The notes below the pieces were generated by a model that was not told where the DNA came from, searched no databases, and saw only the letters and a list, made by a program, of their open reading frames with translations. A stretch of 58,377 bases of DNA, filler included, from Squatina squatina (Eukaryota): assembly GCA_031763465.1 (NCBI GenBank). It is 4 parts of 4 records of this genome, joined end to end, with 100 filler letters (N's around TTAATTAATTAA, not from the genome) between each part and the next. Parts side by side here need not be neighbours in the genome. Positions count along the whole stretch, not along the records: positions 41,023 to 58,377 come from JARFOE010000001.1; 3 more parts are not named here. One strand, given 5' to 3'. Shown piece after piece: positions 46,408-58,377 of this stretch. Numbering within the stretch: the first letter of the stretch is position 1; each line of letters begins with the position of its first letter. Both the position numbers and the translations under genes were made by a program.

Positions 46408-47580
46408 GTGATCAGGGCAGTGCATTTGATATTGTGTATATGGACTTTCAAAAGTTGTTTGTTAAAGTGTGACATATTAGGCTTGTCAGCAAAATTGAAG
46501 CCCATGGGATAAAAAGGGCAGTAGCAGCATGGATATAAAATCAGTTAAGGGATAGAACACAGAGAGTTATGGTCAAATGGCTGTTTTTCGGACTTGAAGG
46601 ACAAATAATGTGGTGTTCCCCAGGGTTCAGTACTGTGATCACTGCCGTTTTTGATATACATTATTGACTTGGAGGCACAGGGCACAATTTCAAAATTTCA
46701 GATGACACGAAACTTGGTAGTGAGGAAGGTAGTAATAGACATCAAGAGAACATAAAAAAGGCTGGTGGAATGGGCAGACACATGGCAGATGAAATTCAGC
46801 ACAGAACAGTGTAAGCTAATACATTTTGGTAGGAAGAATGAGAAATACATGCTAAATGGTACAATTTAAAACAGGGTGCTAGAAGAGAGAATCCTGCAGG
46901 TGTTTCTGCACAAATCTTTGAAGGTGGCAGGACAAGTTAACAATGCAGTCAATAAAGCATATAGGATTCTGGGCTTTATAAATAGAAGCATAGAGTACGA
47001 AAGCCAGGAATTTATGCTAAACCTATATAAAACATTCGTTCCGCCCCAGGTGGAGTCCAATTTTGGGCATCACATTTTAGGAAGGACATGAAGTCTTTGG
47101 AGATGGTACAAAAAGAGATTTTCCAGAAAGATTCCAGGGATGAGGGATTACAGCTACGTGGACTGACTGGAAAAGCTGAGGTTGTTCTCCTTNNNNNNNN
47201 NNAGTAGAGAAGGCTAAGAAGAAATTTGATACAAGTTATTTAAAATCATGAAGGGTTGGGATAGAGTAAATAAAGAGAAACAGTTTCTAATGGCTGATGG
47301 GTTGATAACCAGAGGGCACAGATTTAAGGTGATTGGCAAAAGGAAAAATCTTTTTATGCAACGAGTGGTTAGGATTTGAAATGTACTGCCTGATAGGGTG
47401 GTGGAAACAGATTCAATAGCAGCTTTCAAAAGGGAATTGGATATATACTTGAGAGAGATAAAATTACAGGGATATGGGGAAAGAGCTGGGGAGTGGGACT
47501 AACTGGATTGCTCTTTGAGAGAGAGAGAGACAGTGTGGACTCAATGGGCCAAATGGTATCCTTCTGTATGATTTTATGAT
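46408..47580 (+). mobile_element. 5'-truncated, decayed CR1 LINE (RT to 3' tail)
   Basis: [45 protein letters not shown]...HFGRKN, LGFINRSIEY...LNLYKT, ending in a tatgattttatgat tail. Confidence 0.92.
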
Positions 47581-47619
47581 TAAATCCCACCTCAACTTTT
47601 AGTCACCCCCTTAATTTCT

Positions 47620-47720
47620 CCTTTAGCTTAGCACTGGTTATTCCACACACCTTTGTGAAAATCTTTGGGATGTTTTTCTATCTTCAAGGCACTATAATAA
47701 ATGCAAGTTGTTGTTGTTCA
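47620..47720 (+). mobile_element. L2 3' tail
   Basis: ttgggatgtttttctatcttcaaggcactataataaatgcaagttgttgttgtt. Confidence 0.7.
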
Positions 47721-48016
47721 TGGACCTCCTCAATACAGCTCATGGGAGTAAAATACATCAGTTGGTGGAAACATCTCAGCAATCTTACATAGTCAGATCT
47801 TGTTCGCAGTTTTCAAATTTATTGCTTAACAAAACTACAAAATTTAATTTTAGAATGAAAAACATGCCCATGGAATTTGGTGACTACCTCGCAGTATAAA
47901 CACTAGTCCCGTATATAAAGTAAATATAGTGGAAAACATCACAAACATTAAAAGCATTTCAATGTTTTTTTCAAAAAATGTTAAAAATCAAATGTATATT
48001 ACCACAGCACATTTAC

Positions 48017-48199
48017 CTGTTCTGACTGAGCAAAAGTGCTGCCAGAGTTGAGAACACTGTTCCCACGAAGCCATTCAGTGCCCACCATGGATTCTGTACA
48101 ATCAGCCCGACTAAAATAATCATCCCGCTCATTGAATTGTTGACAAACATCACCTGAGCAATTCCACGTAAGTTCCAGTCAATAAATAGAAAGATAATG
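48017..48199 (-). CDS. SLC14A-family urea transporter N-terminal-half exon (start lost in the gap)
   Basis: [61 protein letters not shown]; donor gtaaat. Confidence 0.94.
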
Positions 48200-48299
48200 N
48201 NNNNNNNNNNNNNNNNNNNNNNNNNNNNNNNNNNNNNNNNNNNNNNNNNNNNNNNNNNNNNNNNNNNNNNNNNNNNNNNNNNNNNNNNNNNNNNNNNNN

Positions 48300-48333
48300 G
48301 GAGATGGGTAGCAGAGTTTTGGAACGAGCTCAT
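48300..48333 (-). CDS. Candidate first coding exon of the urea transporter (MSSFQNSATHL...)
   Basis: Acceptor-like tatgttacag ending at 48351, ATG (aacATGa) 17 nt later, open until the gap; positional support only. Confidence 0.25.
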
Positions 48334-51300
48334 GTTTACGGAGGGTAAACCTGTAACATAGTAATCAGGATGGCTTCACTGAATAGATAGTTCACCTTCC
48401 CATGGACTGGAACGAGACTGAACTGGCCAAACGGATTTCACAAAGAGCCCTTATAGGTGATAGAGAAGGTGGCTTTCTTGCCAACCTTATGGGATGGAGC
48501 TGGATCCTGATCTGGAGGTAAATGTCAGTATTCTACTCCCATGGTAAGACTTGAATAGGAAATCTCAGTAACACAGAATCAAACATAGAATGGAGTGGAC
48601 AAAGATAGAACTGAAGGCTGAATGTGTTATGAAGAATAAAATGTGCTGATTGGTATGTTTGAAAGTTTTAGATGGCATTCACCAAACCAGCTTCAGTTTT
48701 GTGGTTTATGGCATTATTATCAGAACCCTCTGATTGAATGATAGCCTTGTAACTCACTGCCAACTATCTGTTATCCTGTATTTATTTGGGAAGCAATCAC
48801 AGGTCAGAGGTTAGACTGGCCTTGCCTCAGAATGGTTTTCTTTGGGGAAAAGTGTACACTGAGTTATTCTATCCCTTAAAGAAACATGACAAAAACGCAT
48901 ACAAAGAAGTATGCGATGATTTATTACTACTGTTTNNNNNNNNNNNNNNNNNNNNNNNNNNNNNNNNNNNNNNNNNNNNNNNNNNNNNNNNNNNNNNNNN
49001 NNNNNNNNNNNNNNNNNNNNNNNNNNNNNNNNNNNTTCTAAATTTCATATCTGAAGACATGAACTCACCATTGTTACATTACTTTGCTAAACCCATGTCC
49101 TACTACTGAGTCCCATGGTAAATTAGTATTTTGGCACTTCCTTAAAGAGTGCATTTTACAGGTTGGGTAGATCATGCAAATACATTGCCTCTAAGTTCTG
49201 TATTATATTTGTATCAAACTACTAATGTACATAAGAATGTCACAGCTTTTCAAAAATAACCAATCAGCACATACTTTCTCGTTACTACTATAAACAAACA
49301 GATGAAAATAAAATCATATGCATTCTTTCCTCTTAAATGTGCAGATAATTGGGATGGACCGCAATCCAAGTCATTTCAAAAAAAAATAAGCAAGAGTGTG
49401 AGAAAAGTCACAGTGGGCTACCATGCAAAATGTATAAAATGCTGAAGACTTTAAGCAAGCTAAATTATTCTTTCATAGACACATTAATAAGAATTTAATA
49501 CAAGAATACAGTATATCATGTTTCAAGAATTTAATAGGCTTCCCAATTATTACAAAGACTTTTCACCAGACGCGCAGCTGGAGGCCAAACAGTGGGAGAG
49601 TATAAAACATCTGCGTATTTAAACTGTCGCCAAAACCCACTGAATTTGATCTTGAATGACTACAAATCTTTGGAATGTAAGTATACTTTCTTTGGACCCA
49701 CCCAGAAATCCATTGAGAATTCCATATGGAACCACTAACCAGTATTATACAGGATTTCCTATAAACAAAATTACAGTCAAAGACATTTTTGGACGTTGAC
49801 CAATCTTTACAAAGAATAACCTTTTTGTTTCAAACACACTCTGGCTTCATTTGTAGCATCAATAAATGTAAAACTCTTAACAAGACCAACCTTAATCATT
49901 CTATGCAGTCAACCCATAGCATATAAATATTTCCACTACTTCAAAAGTATTAATTAGGAACACATGGTCTAGTACAATTTCTTGGCCCTAACTTATGGTT
50001 GTAATTTAATGTTATGCCCATACTATAAACATTGTCTGTAATGAGTGGGCACAATTTTACAGCCACATACATCAAAAAGGTAACAGGGACTTTTGTCTGC
50101 TCATATTGAATCTGAATCATATTCTGNNNNNNNNNNNNNNNNNNNNNNNNNNNNNNNNNNNNNNNNNNNNNNNNNNNNNNNNNNNNNNNNNNNNNNNNNN
50201 NNNNNNNNNNNNNNNNNNNNNNNNNNGATCAGAACCCCCCCACATAAAAAGACCGCCGGGGTGGGAGATCCCCCCGGCGTCAAGAATTGGCCCTACCTGG
50301 TCCTACGGTCTGCTCTGGAGTGCTCCCCCCTGGACCGAGAGCCAAGCCTGTCAATCAGGCTGACTTCTGGGCTGGGAACCTGTCAGGCTCAAAAGACGCA
50401 CGCTGTGGAGTTCCCAGACTTCCAGGTTACTCATCTGAAACGCTGTTCCCCTACCTACATAGCCCGCCCCAGTAATTATCCAGGCCTATCTGTCCAGTGC
50501 AATACCTCATCTCCTATTCCAAGTTTCCTCAGCTGTTAACACCTGATGTGAAACCTTGTCAACCCTGCCTGATCAGCAGGCGTGCAGTTAAAATCACCTT
50601 ATCTGCCAAGATCCCACTCTCTTCCAACAGTTTCTGATTTTAACCTGCTCTTATGATTAGGTGGATAGGATAGCCTTGTGGGGCCTGGAGCTGGAATCCT
50701 CCTCTGGGCCCCACAAGGAAAGTAAAAAGAAATTTAGACCTCCACTGCCTCGTGTCTCCCTGCCTGCTCCTCTGATCGCATGCCCCCTCCTAGCAACTCA
50801 CCTGAGTGCCAGGTCCCTAGCGGCAACCTCCTGCCACCTGACATTCCACTCCTGCCAGGGAGTTAAAATCTCTCGGGCTTCACATGGCCAAAGTCCCGAC
50901 AGTTTGATGTCCGCCTCAGTCGCTGCCCACACTATTGGTGCCCCGATTTAAAATTGGGGCTATAATCTGTCTGTCACACTTCAGTGGTCACATTCCATGG
51001 GGTCACACTTTGTTAAAGATGCAAAACAGTTAAAAAGAACTTCAATAAAGTAACATCTGCCCAAGAACAGAAACTGGGGATTTACAAGCATTTACCAATC
51101 TAAAGGAACATCCCACAGCAACTGGCCTCTAACTGACCTTGAGAAGGCATAGCAATTAGACCCGTGGGTTTAAAAGGGGCTACAATTGCCACTCTTATCT
51201 GTGCCTTTGCAGCATAATAATGTGCTTCATTTTACCTGGGATAATGTTCCTGACGTAACATTATATTCTCTGACTTACTGAAGAAACATAGACCTCACAC

Positions 51301-52984
51301 ACCTGCTGAGGAAATCATATCCAGGGATCAGGCAGCCAGCACCCACTGATCATAATTTCAAAATGCCAAAACTAGTTATTTTAAAGTCAGCTACTTCATG
51401 CTGGTTTCTTCTATCCCAGATCTGCCTTTTACTGGAAATTGGCAATCCTCACCAATGGCAATTAATTCCTAGTGAACTTTACAGCCAATTTCTAGCAAGC
51501 AAACCCTGAGGCCTTAAAGGACAGAGCAGTTACACGCAGTGCCTTCTTAGCAGCAGAATAGTACATAGTTCGTTTTATGGTTGAACAGTCCTGTCATCAG
51601 GCATCACGTGACTTACCATGAGCAGCTGCCACAGGAGATCCACAAATTTATTTACAAAATGATGGATAGCTGGAATTATTTATCAAAAAAAGACAGGCCT
51701 GCTGGGCCTAATGGTCTTTTCCTGTTCCTAATGTTTTTAATGTTCCCTTTTAGCTCCCTATTCTTTAATATGACAGCTCCCTTACTTAGAATGCCTTTCT
51801 TTGTGAGACAAACTGCAACTTGACCTTTTTAGTGACTATCTGTAAAATTTATTATGATCTCAATTTCTTTCAAGCATGCAGTAGAAATATTAGCTCAATA
51901 GAATTTCTCAGAGCAAAATAAAATCACTTCAGGGGACACAGGGCATTATAATAATCAGTGCATAGCATATTGGTAATGGCTGCTTGCTCTCAATTATAGT
52001 TTCAATACGTTAGTTGTCAACCGATTTAGAAGCTATTTGAATGTTAGCAATTTGGAGTTACAATGTGTATAGACCCATAACCGCCACTGTCAATTTTGTG
52101 CTTAGGCTTAATACTGAAAGGAAATTAACTCTGCTTTATACTGGTTGCAAATATGAACAACTGTCAACTCTTCGTTGAATGTATGTACCTTTTCAAGAAT
52201 GTGTTAGAAAAATTGAGTATACCACAAATGATTTTCTTCTAAATCAGCAGTCATAAGACTGCAAAGGAGGAGAGTTAGCATTTTGTGTGAGATCTACCAG
52301 GCCCCACTCAGAAACCTCGGCAGCTCATAAAACAGTGACGAATATATATAGCATCTGTCTAGAAAGTCGGTCATAATAAGCCTTCATTTCTTTGTTTAAA
52401 CAAAACCTTTCAGTTTGAGCTTGCCATATACACTTAATCTAAATAATAAATGTGTTGTCATTATTACTTTGGGGGGTTGGAGAACAAAAGCTGTCCTTCA
52501 GGCCTTAGCTAAGCTCAGATCAGTAATTCGATAACTAGAGCAGAAGACAATAAATGACTGCATGTAGCATGCAGTCATTTAAACATGTACTTCAGCATTG
52601 AGGAAAACCAAGGAAGCAATCATTAACAGATTGCAATGAGCTTCAGATTCGAGTGCAGGTCGTCACTTCGTATCAAGTGTTTTATTTTTAATCTTCCTCC
52701 CACACAGAAACTCTAAGCAATGAACAGCGTCCAACTGGTCAAGACAAAGAATAATCCTTTAATTGAACTAACTGGGCCAGTGTGCTTTTTTAAAAACCTA
52801 CATTGCAAACAGTTTTGACAGAAAAGATTGTTTTAAAAAAAAAAGTGACGGAAGCCCTCAGGGATCGGTGTCCTCCGATTCCACAGTCTCTCTTGGATCT
52901 TCCGTTATCCTGACCAGGCCCGAGGTCACGCAGTGATCCTCAGGCTGATTAACTTTATAAGCAAGACATTATCTTGTGTCTTTA

Positions 52985-53182
52985 TAGCTACAGCTGTACA
53001 AAGCCCTGGTTAGAGCACTATGTACAGTTCTGGACAACGCATCTTTGAACAGATATATTGGCCTTGGAAGGAGTACAGCGCAGATTTGCTAAAACACTAC
53101 CAGGGCTCCAAGGGTTGGATTATGAGCAGAGATTTCATAAACTAAGCTTCTATTCCAAGGACTACAGAAAGTTAAGGGGTGA
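52985..53182 (+). mobile_element. CR1 ORF2 3' fragment
   Basis: LQLYKALVR, YVQFW, DILALEGVQRRFAKTLPGLQGLDYEQR. Confidence 0.85.
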
Positions 53183-53819
53183 NNNNNNNNNNNNNNNNNN
53201 NNNNNNNNNNNNNNNNNNNNNNNNNNNNNNNNNNNNNNNNNNNNNNNNNNNNNNNNNNNNNNNNNNNNNNNNNNNNNNNNNNATACAACTTTATTATTTG
53301 TAATTTGTATAATGTGCATTTGCAGAGTAATTGCTCTGTTACTCTGGAATTATGATTGAATTTCCTCAATTGTTTTAAATGTTACTGTTAATCAAAAACA
53401 GTTTTATTTTGTATAATATTTGCTGGTTACATTATTACCCCGGGGTTCCATACACCTTCTTTACCCAAATGGTTGATATCAAGGTTAATTGTTTTTATGT
53501 CAGCATTGAAGGTTGCCTATCTCTGAGGAAAATAATTTTAACCTCTTCAATGTTATCTCTCCATCGAATTATATTTTACTTCAGTATGGATAGATGATTA
53601 CATGATTTCTTATGAATGTGGATCTCAAATATTCAGAAAATATTTGAACTTGTTCAGTTAATGAGTTATAACAAGCTCTTCTCAGAACAACTAGAGTAAA
53701 TTTACATCTTCAGTGCTCCCAGCACACAACTTCATATCCGAGAGTGCATTCTGGAATTTCAGGTGAACACCCTCCTGATTTTCAACTGGAAATTCACCTC
53801 AAATATTATAAGTTTCAGA

Positions 53820-54183
53820 TTTCCTGTTTTGACTTCTAAATAGCTTGCTCTAGTTTCAAAATAATGTTCTCTTGTTCTGGATTCCTTCATCAATGGAAAT
53901 AGTTTCTGTTATTATCCTATTCAATCCTTTATCATTTTAAACACTTCAATTAGATCACCCTCAATCTTCTAAACTCAATGAATACAGATCAAGTTAACGC
54001 AATCTGGCCTCATAAGTTAACCCTTTAAGCCCGAGTATAATTCGGATGAACCTGTTTTGTACCCCTTCCAAAGCCAATATACCTTTCCTGCCCAAAACAA
54101 AGACTCTGACCACGGCTCTGTACAACTGAAGCATAACTTCCTCCTGTTTGAATTCAAACCTCTTTGGGATAAAGGCCAATAAA
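53820..54183 (-). mobile_element. CR1 ORF2 3' fragment
   Basis: AFIPKRFEFKQEEVMLQLYRAVVR...ILALEGVQNRFIRIILGLKGLTYEARL...RLRVI. Confidence 0.85.
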
Positions 54184-55010
54184 NNNNNNNNNNNNNNNNN
54201 NNNNNNNNNNNNNNNNNNNNNNNNNNNNNNNNNNNNNNNNNNNNNNNNNNNNNNNNNNNNNNNNNNNNNNNNNNNNNNNNNNNCACAGATGCCATATTAT
54301 GCTGTTGCAGTTTATCAATGCATTGCTTCACTGAGCTTTGCAGTGGTAGCAGTTATTCAGTTCTGCACTTTAGAGATTTTTCTGCCAACTGGCCCACTTG
54401 CAACTTGCGTGTTTGAACAGTCAAACATTAACAAGCAAGGAAGTGCAGACAAGATCCTGACCCAGAATGAGCTCTAGGGTAATTTGAGCACATCATTTGC
54501 AGTTGAATCCTTTGCCAATGTTTATCAAAGTTACTTTTCATTTTCATCACATTATTTTTATGCACTGTGGAGTATGTTGCATTGCTGGATTTTTACTTTG
54601 GTAGAGGTACCTTGACAGCAAATGTGCTGTCTTTTGTTGTACGTTTTTTATTATTTGTCGGTCTTTCCATCAACTGTGCATTTTAACAGCCAATTTGTAT
54701 CCAAGTTTAAAAAACAAGCTAGTCTATTAGCTTAATGATCCAGAAGTGAGCCCCTTGACTTTTACAAACGAGTCTGGCACTATTTATTCCAGTGGAGAGC
54801 AGAGCAAAAAGGCAAAGCTGATTCGTTTGAGACAAAGCTACTGGACTGGTGAGAATTATTACTAGGCTTACATGAGCATGCAGAATTGTTATGTTATATT
54901 TCATCATTTANNNNNNNNNNNNNNNNNNNNNNNNNNNNNNNNNNNNNNNNNNNNNNNNNNNNNNNNNNNNNNNNNNNNNNNNNNNNNNNNNNNNNNNNNN
55001 NNNNNNNNNN

Positions 55011-55402
55011 CCGCCATCAGTCAGCCGACCACAGAGTCAGCCGACAAATAGAGATGGGGGCCGCTGGCGCTCAGGCCCTCCCCTTTAAGAGGGCCATTGC
55101 AACAAGAGATTTTCCTGCTTCTGCAACCGACCGGCACTGCGACCGTGTCCTGCGGGTAAATTCTGCCCGCGGGATGCAAATGGGACAGTAAGGGGGTCGC
55201 AGCTGCGTGATGAAGGTAGAGGCGCATTTTTATGAAGTTGCGCACTGACCCACCACAGAATTTCCTGGGCGAGGCTTTGTGCCTCGGGAGAATTCTGCGG
55301 GAGGCAAGATGGCTGCCTTATGACGCCATTTTCTGCATTTATGCCCTGTTAGCGCCCCTCGGAAGTGCTAACAGGGCGAAAACATTGCTAAATTTCGCCC
55401 CC
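55011..55402. mobile_element. GC-rich putative non-autonomous DNA transposon (right end)
   Basis: CpG-rich block ending abruptly at aaatttcgcccc, followed by AT-rich flank. Confidence 0.45.
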
Positions 55403-57514
55403 TCTGTCTTTAAATCCCTAAGAACATCATGCCTTTCTTGTGCCTTTTCTAAAATTGAATTTGTATCATACCTGACTAGTGCTTAGTGTTGGTGAGATTG
55501 AATGCATTCTGTTCCTGTGTTATACAACTATGAAAAAGAATCAAGTTTCAATGGATAATTCATGGTTGCTCCCTTCCCCCTTCCATCTATGTATAATAAG
55601 CCTTATTTTCACTGCAGGTATTAGTACAATTTTCCCTCAACCACACTTCAATTATTTTTAAAAAATGATGTCACTTCAAGCCAATCCCATTACCACTTGG
55701 GAGACAGCTTATTTATTATTTGTATGCATGTTTGACAGCAGTTCTGGGTGGCCTGCAGTACTTCTCTAAGGGAAATGAAGACAGTAAAATCAATTCTGCT
55801 TCAACAAATTCACTTTTTGTCAAAAAAGGTTGTCAATAAACATTTTGCAGTTGCATTTCTTTGTTGTATGCACCACCCCTGCATTGACTGCCTTGTATAA
55901 AATAATAATTTAGGCCTGTGTTCTAAGGATACTTTTTCAATAAAATTGTTTTTTAATGAAGAAATATGCCCACAGAGCATATAAACACNNNNNNNNNNNN
56001 NNNNNNNNNNNNNNNNNNNNNNNNNNNNNNNNNNNNNNNNNNNNNNNNNNNNNNNNNNNNNNNNNNNNNNNNNNNNNNNNNNNNNNNNTGTCAAATACCA
56101 TGTATCAGCATATTGCTCATTGCTCCTTGTGAAAACAACCTGACATTAGAGAAATGGGGTGGGTGAAAACAACAATGTCTACACAGGCTTATTGTCATAT
56201 CCTCAAAATGGCAGCATATTGTGTTAACAAAAAGAAATCCAGAAGGTAATTTAGAAAATGCTTATTTCATTTCCAAAAATAGAGCTTAATTACTCAATAC
56301 TGTGTGACTAGCACAGAAAATATGATTTCCTCGGGGGTTCGGGAATAAAATTTTTATGATATGTATTAAGTTACAAATTGGACATTGTATATAGCTTTCA
56401 TTTGATCTGCTTTCACTGGTTGTGGGTAATTTGCATTTCATTTGCTGATTTTCAGTAGACACAATACAATCTGCGTTCCAGTGTAAATGAGTGAGGCTAT
56501 CAAAGATGTAATGGCACTAGTAATGTTATCTTCTGTTTAGCTCAATTTAAGATCCTGCTCTACTTGTCATTGAATTGTGCAGAGACTATTACAACAACTA
56601 GGAATTAATATGATTTATTGGGCTGTACAATATAGATTTGAAATTTTAACATTTTGGAATTCAATTGTTAAAGCATCAGCCTGATGAAAAGGAAATTCTA
56701 ACTTAGAAGTCAAGTTTGGTTGTTTATAAAATCTTCTTGTTGTTATGACAATGTGACATTATTAACTTATTTCCGATACATGACGGTGAACTTTGGAACC
56801 ATTTAAACACACATGCAGTCCATCCACCAAGATTGTTTTTTTCTATCTCCAAAATATTGTCTGTCTATGTTCCTACCTCACTCCTACTTTCCATCAAACT
56901 CTCATCCTTACTTGCCACCTCCAGGCTCAATTTTTTCAGTGCTCTTATTGTTGGCTTTCTGAGCTCCACCCATCACACTCATTCAGAACTCTGCTGTCCA
57001 CATCATATCTACTATCAGTAGTACATAATTAACTTAAAATACAAATTAAAGCCTCCTGCTCCAAAGCACAATGNNNNNNNNNNNNNNNNNNNNNNNNNNN
57101 NNNNNNNNNNNNNNNNNNNNNNNNNNNNNNNNNNNNNNNNNNNNNNNNNNNNNNNNNNNNNNNNNNNNNNNNNAAAGTAAAGGGTTTCTGCTTTCCATTA
57201 ATCTTCTCTTCTGTGCCTCAAAGGATGACAGAATAAATGTCAGGAATGCCCCAACATAACAAGCACCTCAGGGTATAGATAATGATGAGGCTTAGAAGTG
57301 GAAGCGTTCTTTGATGGTTTAAGGTGTTTTTTTAAATTTAGAATTGTATACTATTAAATAAAAACATATAAGCATTTCATTGATATCATTATCCATTCAA
57401 AAAGATGCATTCTAACATCATTTAAACCTTTGGGAGCCCACATATTCATCCATTAAAAGAAAGAATGCATTTATATAATACCATTTAATACCTGAGGACA
57501 TCCCAAAGCGTTTT

Positions 57515-57760
57515 AAAGTCAAAATTAAAATTCTCATTCTTATGTTCAAATCCATCGATGGTCTTGGCTTTCCCTCTCTCTGTAACCTGCTCCAGACCTG
57601 CAATCATTTAAGAACCCTGTATTTCTCCAGCTTTGGCCTATTACACATTCCCCGCTCGGTTCACTCCACCATTGGCAGCTGTGCCTTTAGCCATCTCGGC
57701 CTCAAGCTCTGGAATTCTTCTGTTAAACTTGTCTCCAACTGCCTCCCCATACTTGAAGCT
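57515..57760 (+). mobile_element. L2 3' ORF fragment
   Basis: KILILMFKSIDGLGFPSLCNLLQ...TIGSCAFSHLGLKLWNS. Confidence 0.8.
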
Positions 57761-58377
57761 TGCATCAGTCTGACTCCTGTCTCTTTTTTGTTTTTAGTCA
57801 TGATACCTTGCCTATCTCTGTTAATGTGGCATCTTATATAGCCACGCACACTGGGTGGCATGTCCTTTCATAAATTCTCTATCTACCCTGAAACTGTACA
57901 AGCTGTGTACTGCTTCTTGTACCATGTTACATTCCTGTGCAGACTGGCCATATCTCTACTTCTGCAATGCTGGAGAGTTAGTCTTCTCACTAGCAGTAAC
58001 AAAGTGTTATCTTCTACTTCTTTGCATTGAGTTGGAGCTGTCTTGGTAAAATTCCCTGGAGTATTTAATGGTCAATTGAGTCTAATTTGATATTAGTCAT
58101 TTTATGAATGTTCTCTTATGTAAATCTCCATGCACTGAGCACTCGCACAGCACATGAATAGTCATTGTTCTGTCATCCTTACATTACCAATAACATGTCT
58201 TTAATATAATTCCTGACACTCATAACATTTTAGCTGTCAACTTTATTTTTTGTCTGTTACTGTCAACTAGGTAACCTGCAGCTTTGAGTTCATACCTGTG
58301 TCCATGCTTCTTCTCTCTGTGTATTCCATGATTTTCTTCCAAGAATGGCACATAAAAGAATACAGCTCTTAAAGGTG

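Noticed and set aside
52188-52438. Exon-like segment with AG/GT ends
   Set aside because: Stops in the frames I examined and no recognisable protein; at most a non-coding exon.

Overview
Fragmentary vertebrate genomic DNA, most likely a cartilaginous fish. This is inferred from SacSINE1/DeuSINE-type SINEs, shark-type CR1/L2 tails and a urea transporter. It is not a natural contiguous locus: three artificial spacers (44N-TTAATTAATTAA-44N at 12320-12419, 26596-26695 and 40923-41022) join four scaffolds, each made of short contigs separated mostly by 100-N gaps. Scaffold 1 (1-12319) has no recognisable host exon. It holds TE relics (CR1, L2, Vingi-like LINE, SINEs, a Harbinger transposase, a hAT-type MITE with an internal minisatellite) and a decayed ORF that may be retroviral gag. 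Scaffold 2 holds three TALDO1 exons, a decayed Harbinger Myb/SANT partner gene in the TALDO1 3' region, and four phase-compatible exons of an uncharacterised, probably secreted Cys-containing protein. Scaffold 3 holds 3' exons of MEIS homeobox genes: one exon is MEIS2-type, while the terminal exon and 3'UTR look MEIS1-type. It also has a GC-AG donor and CNE-like DNA. Scaffold 4 holds EPG5 exons 1-3 and SLC14A urea-transporter exons in a non-collinear order. All host exons are on the minus strand. Gene and TE family names come from my recall of homologues, not from a search. I see no convincing new biological system; the best leads are listed as findings.
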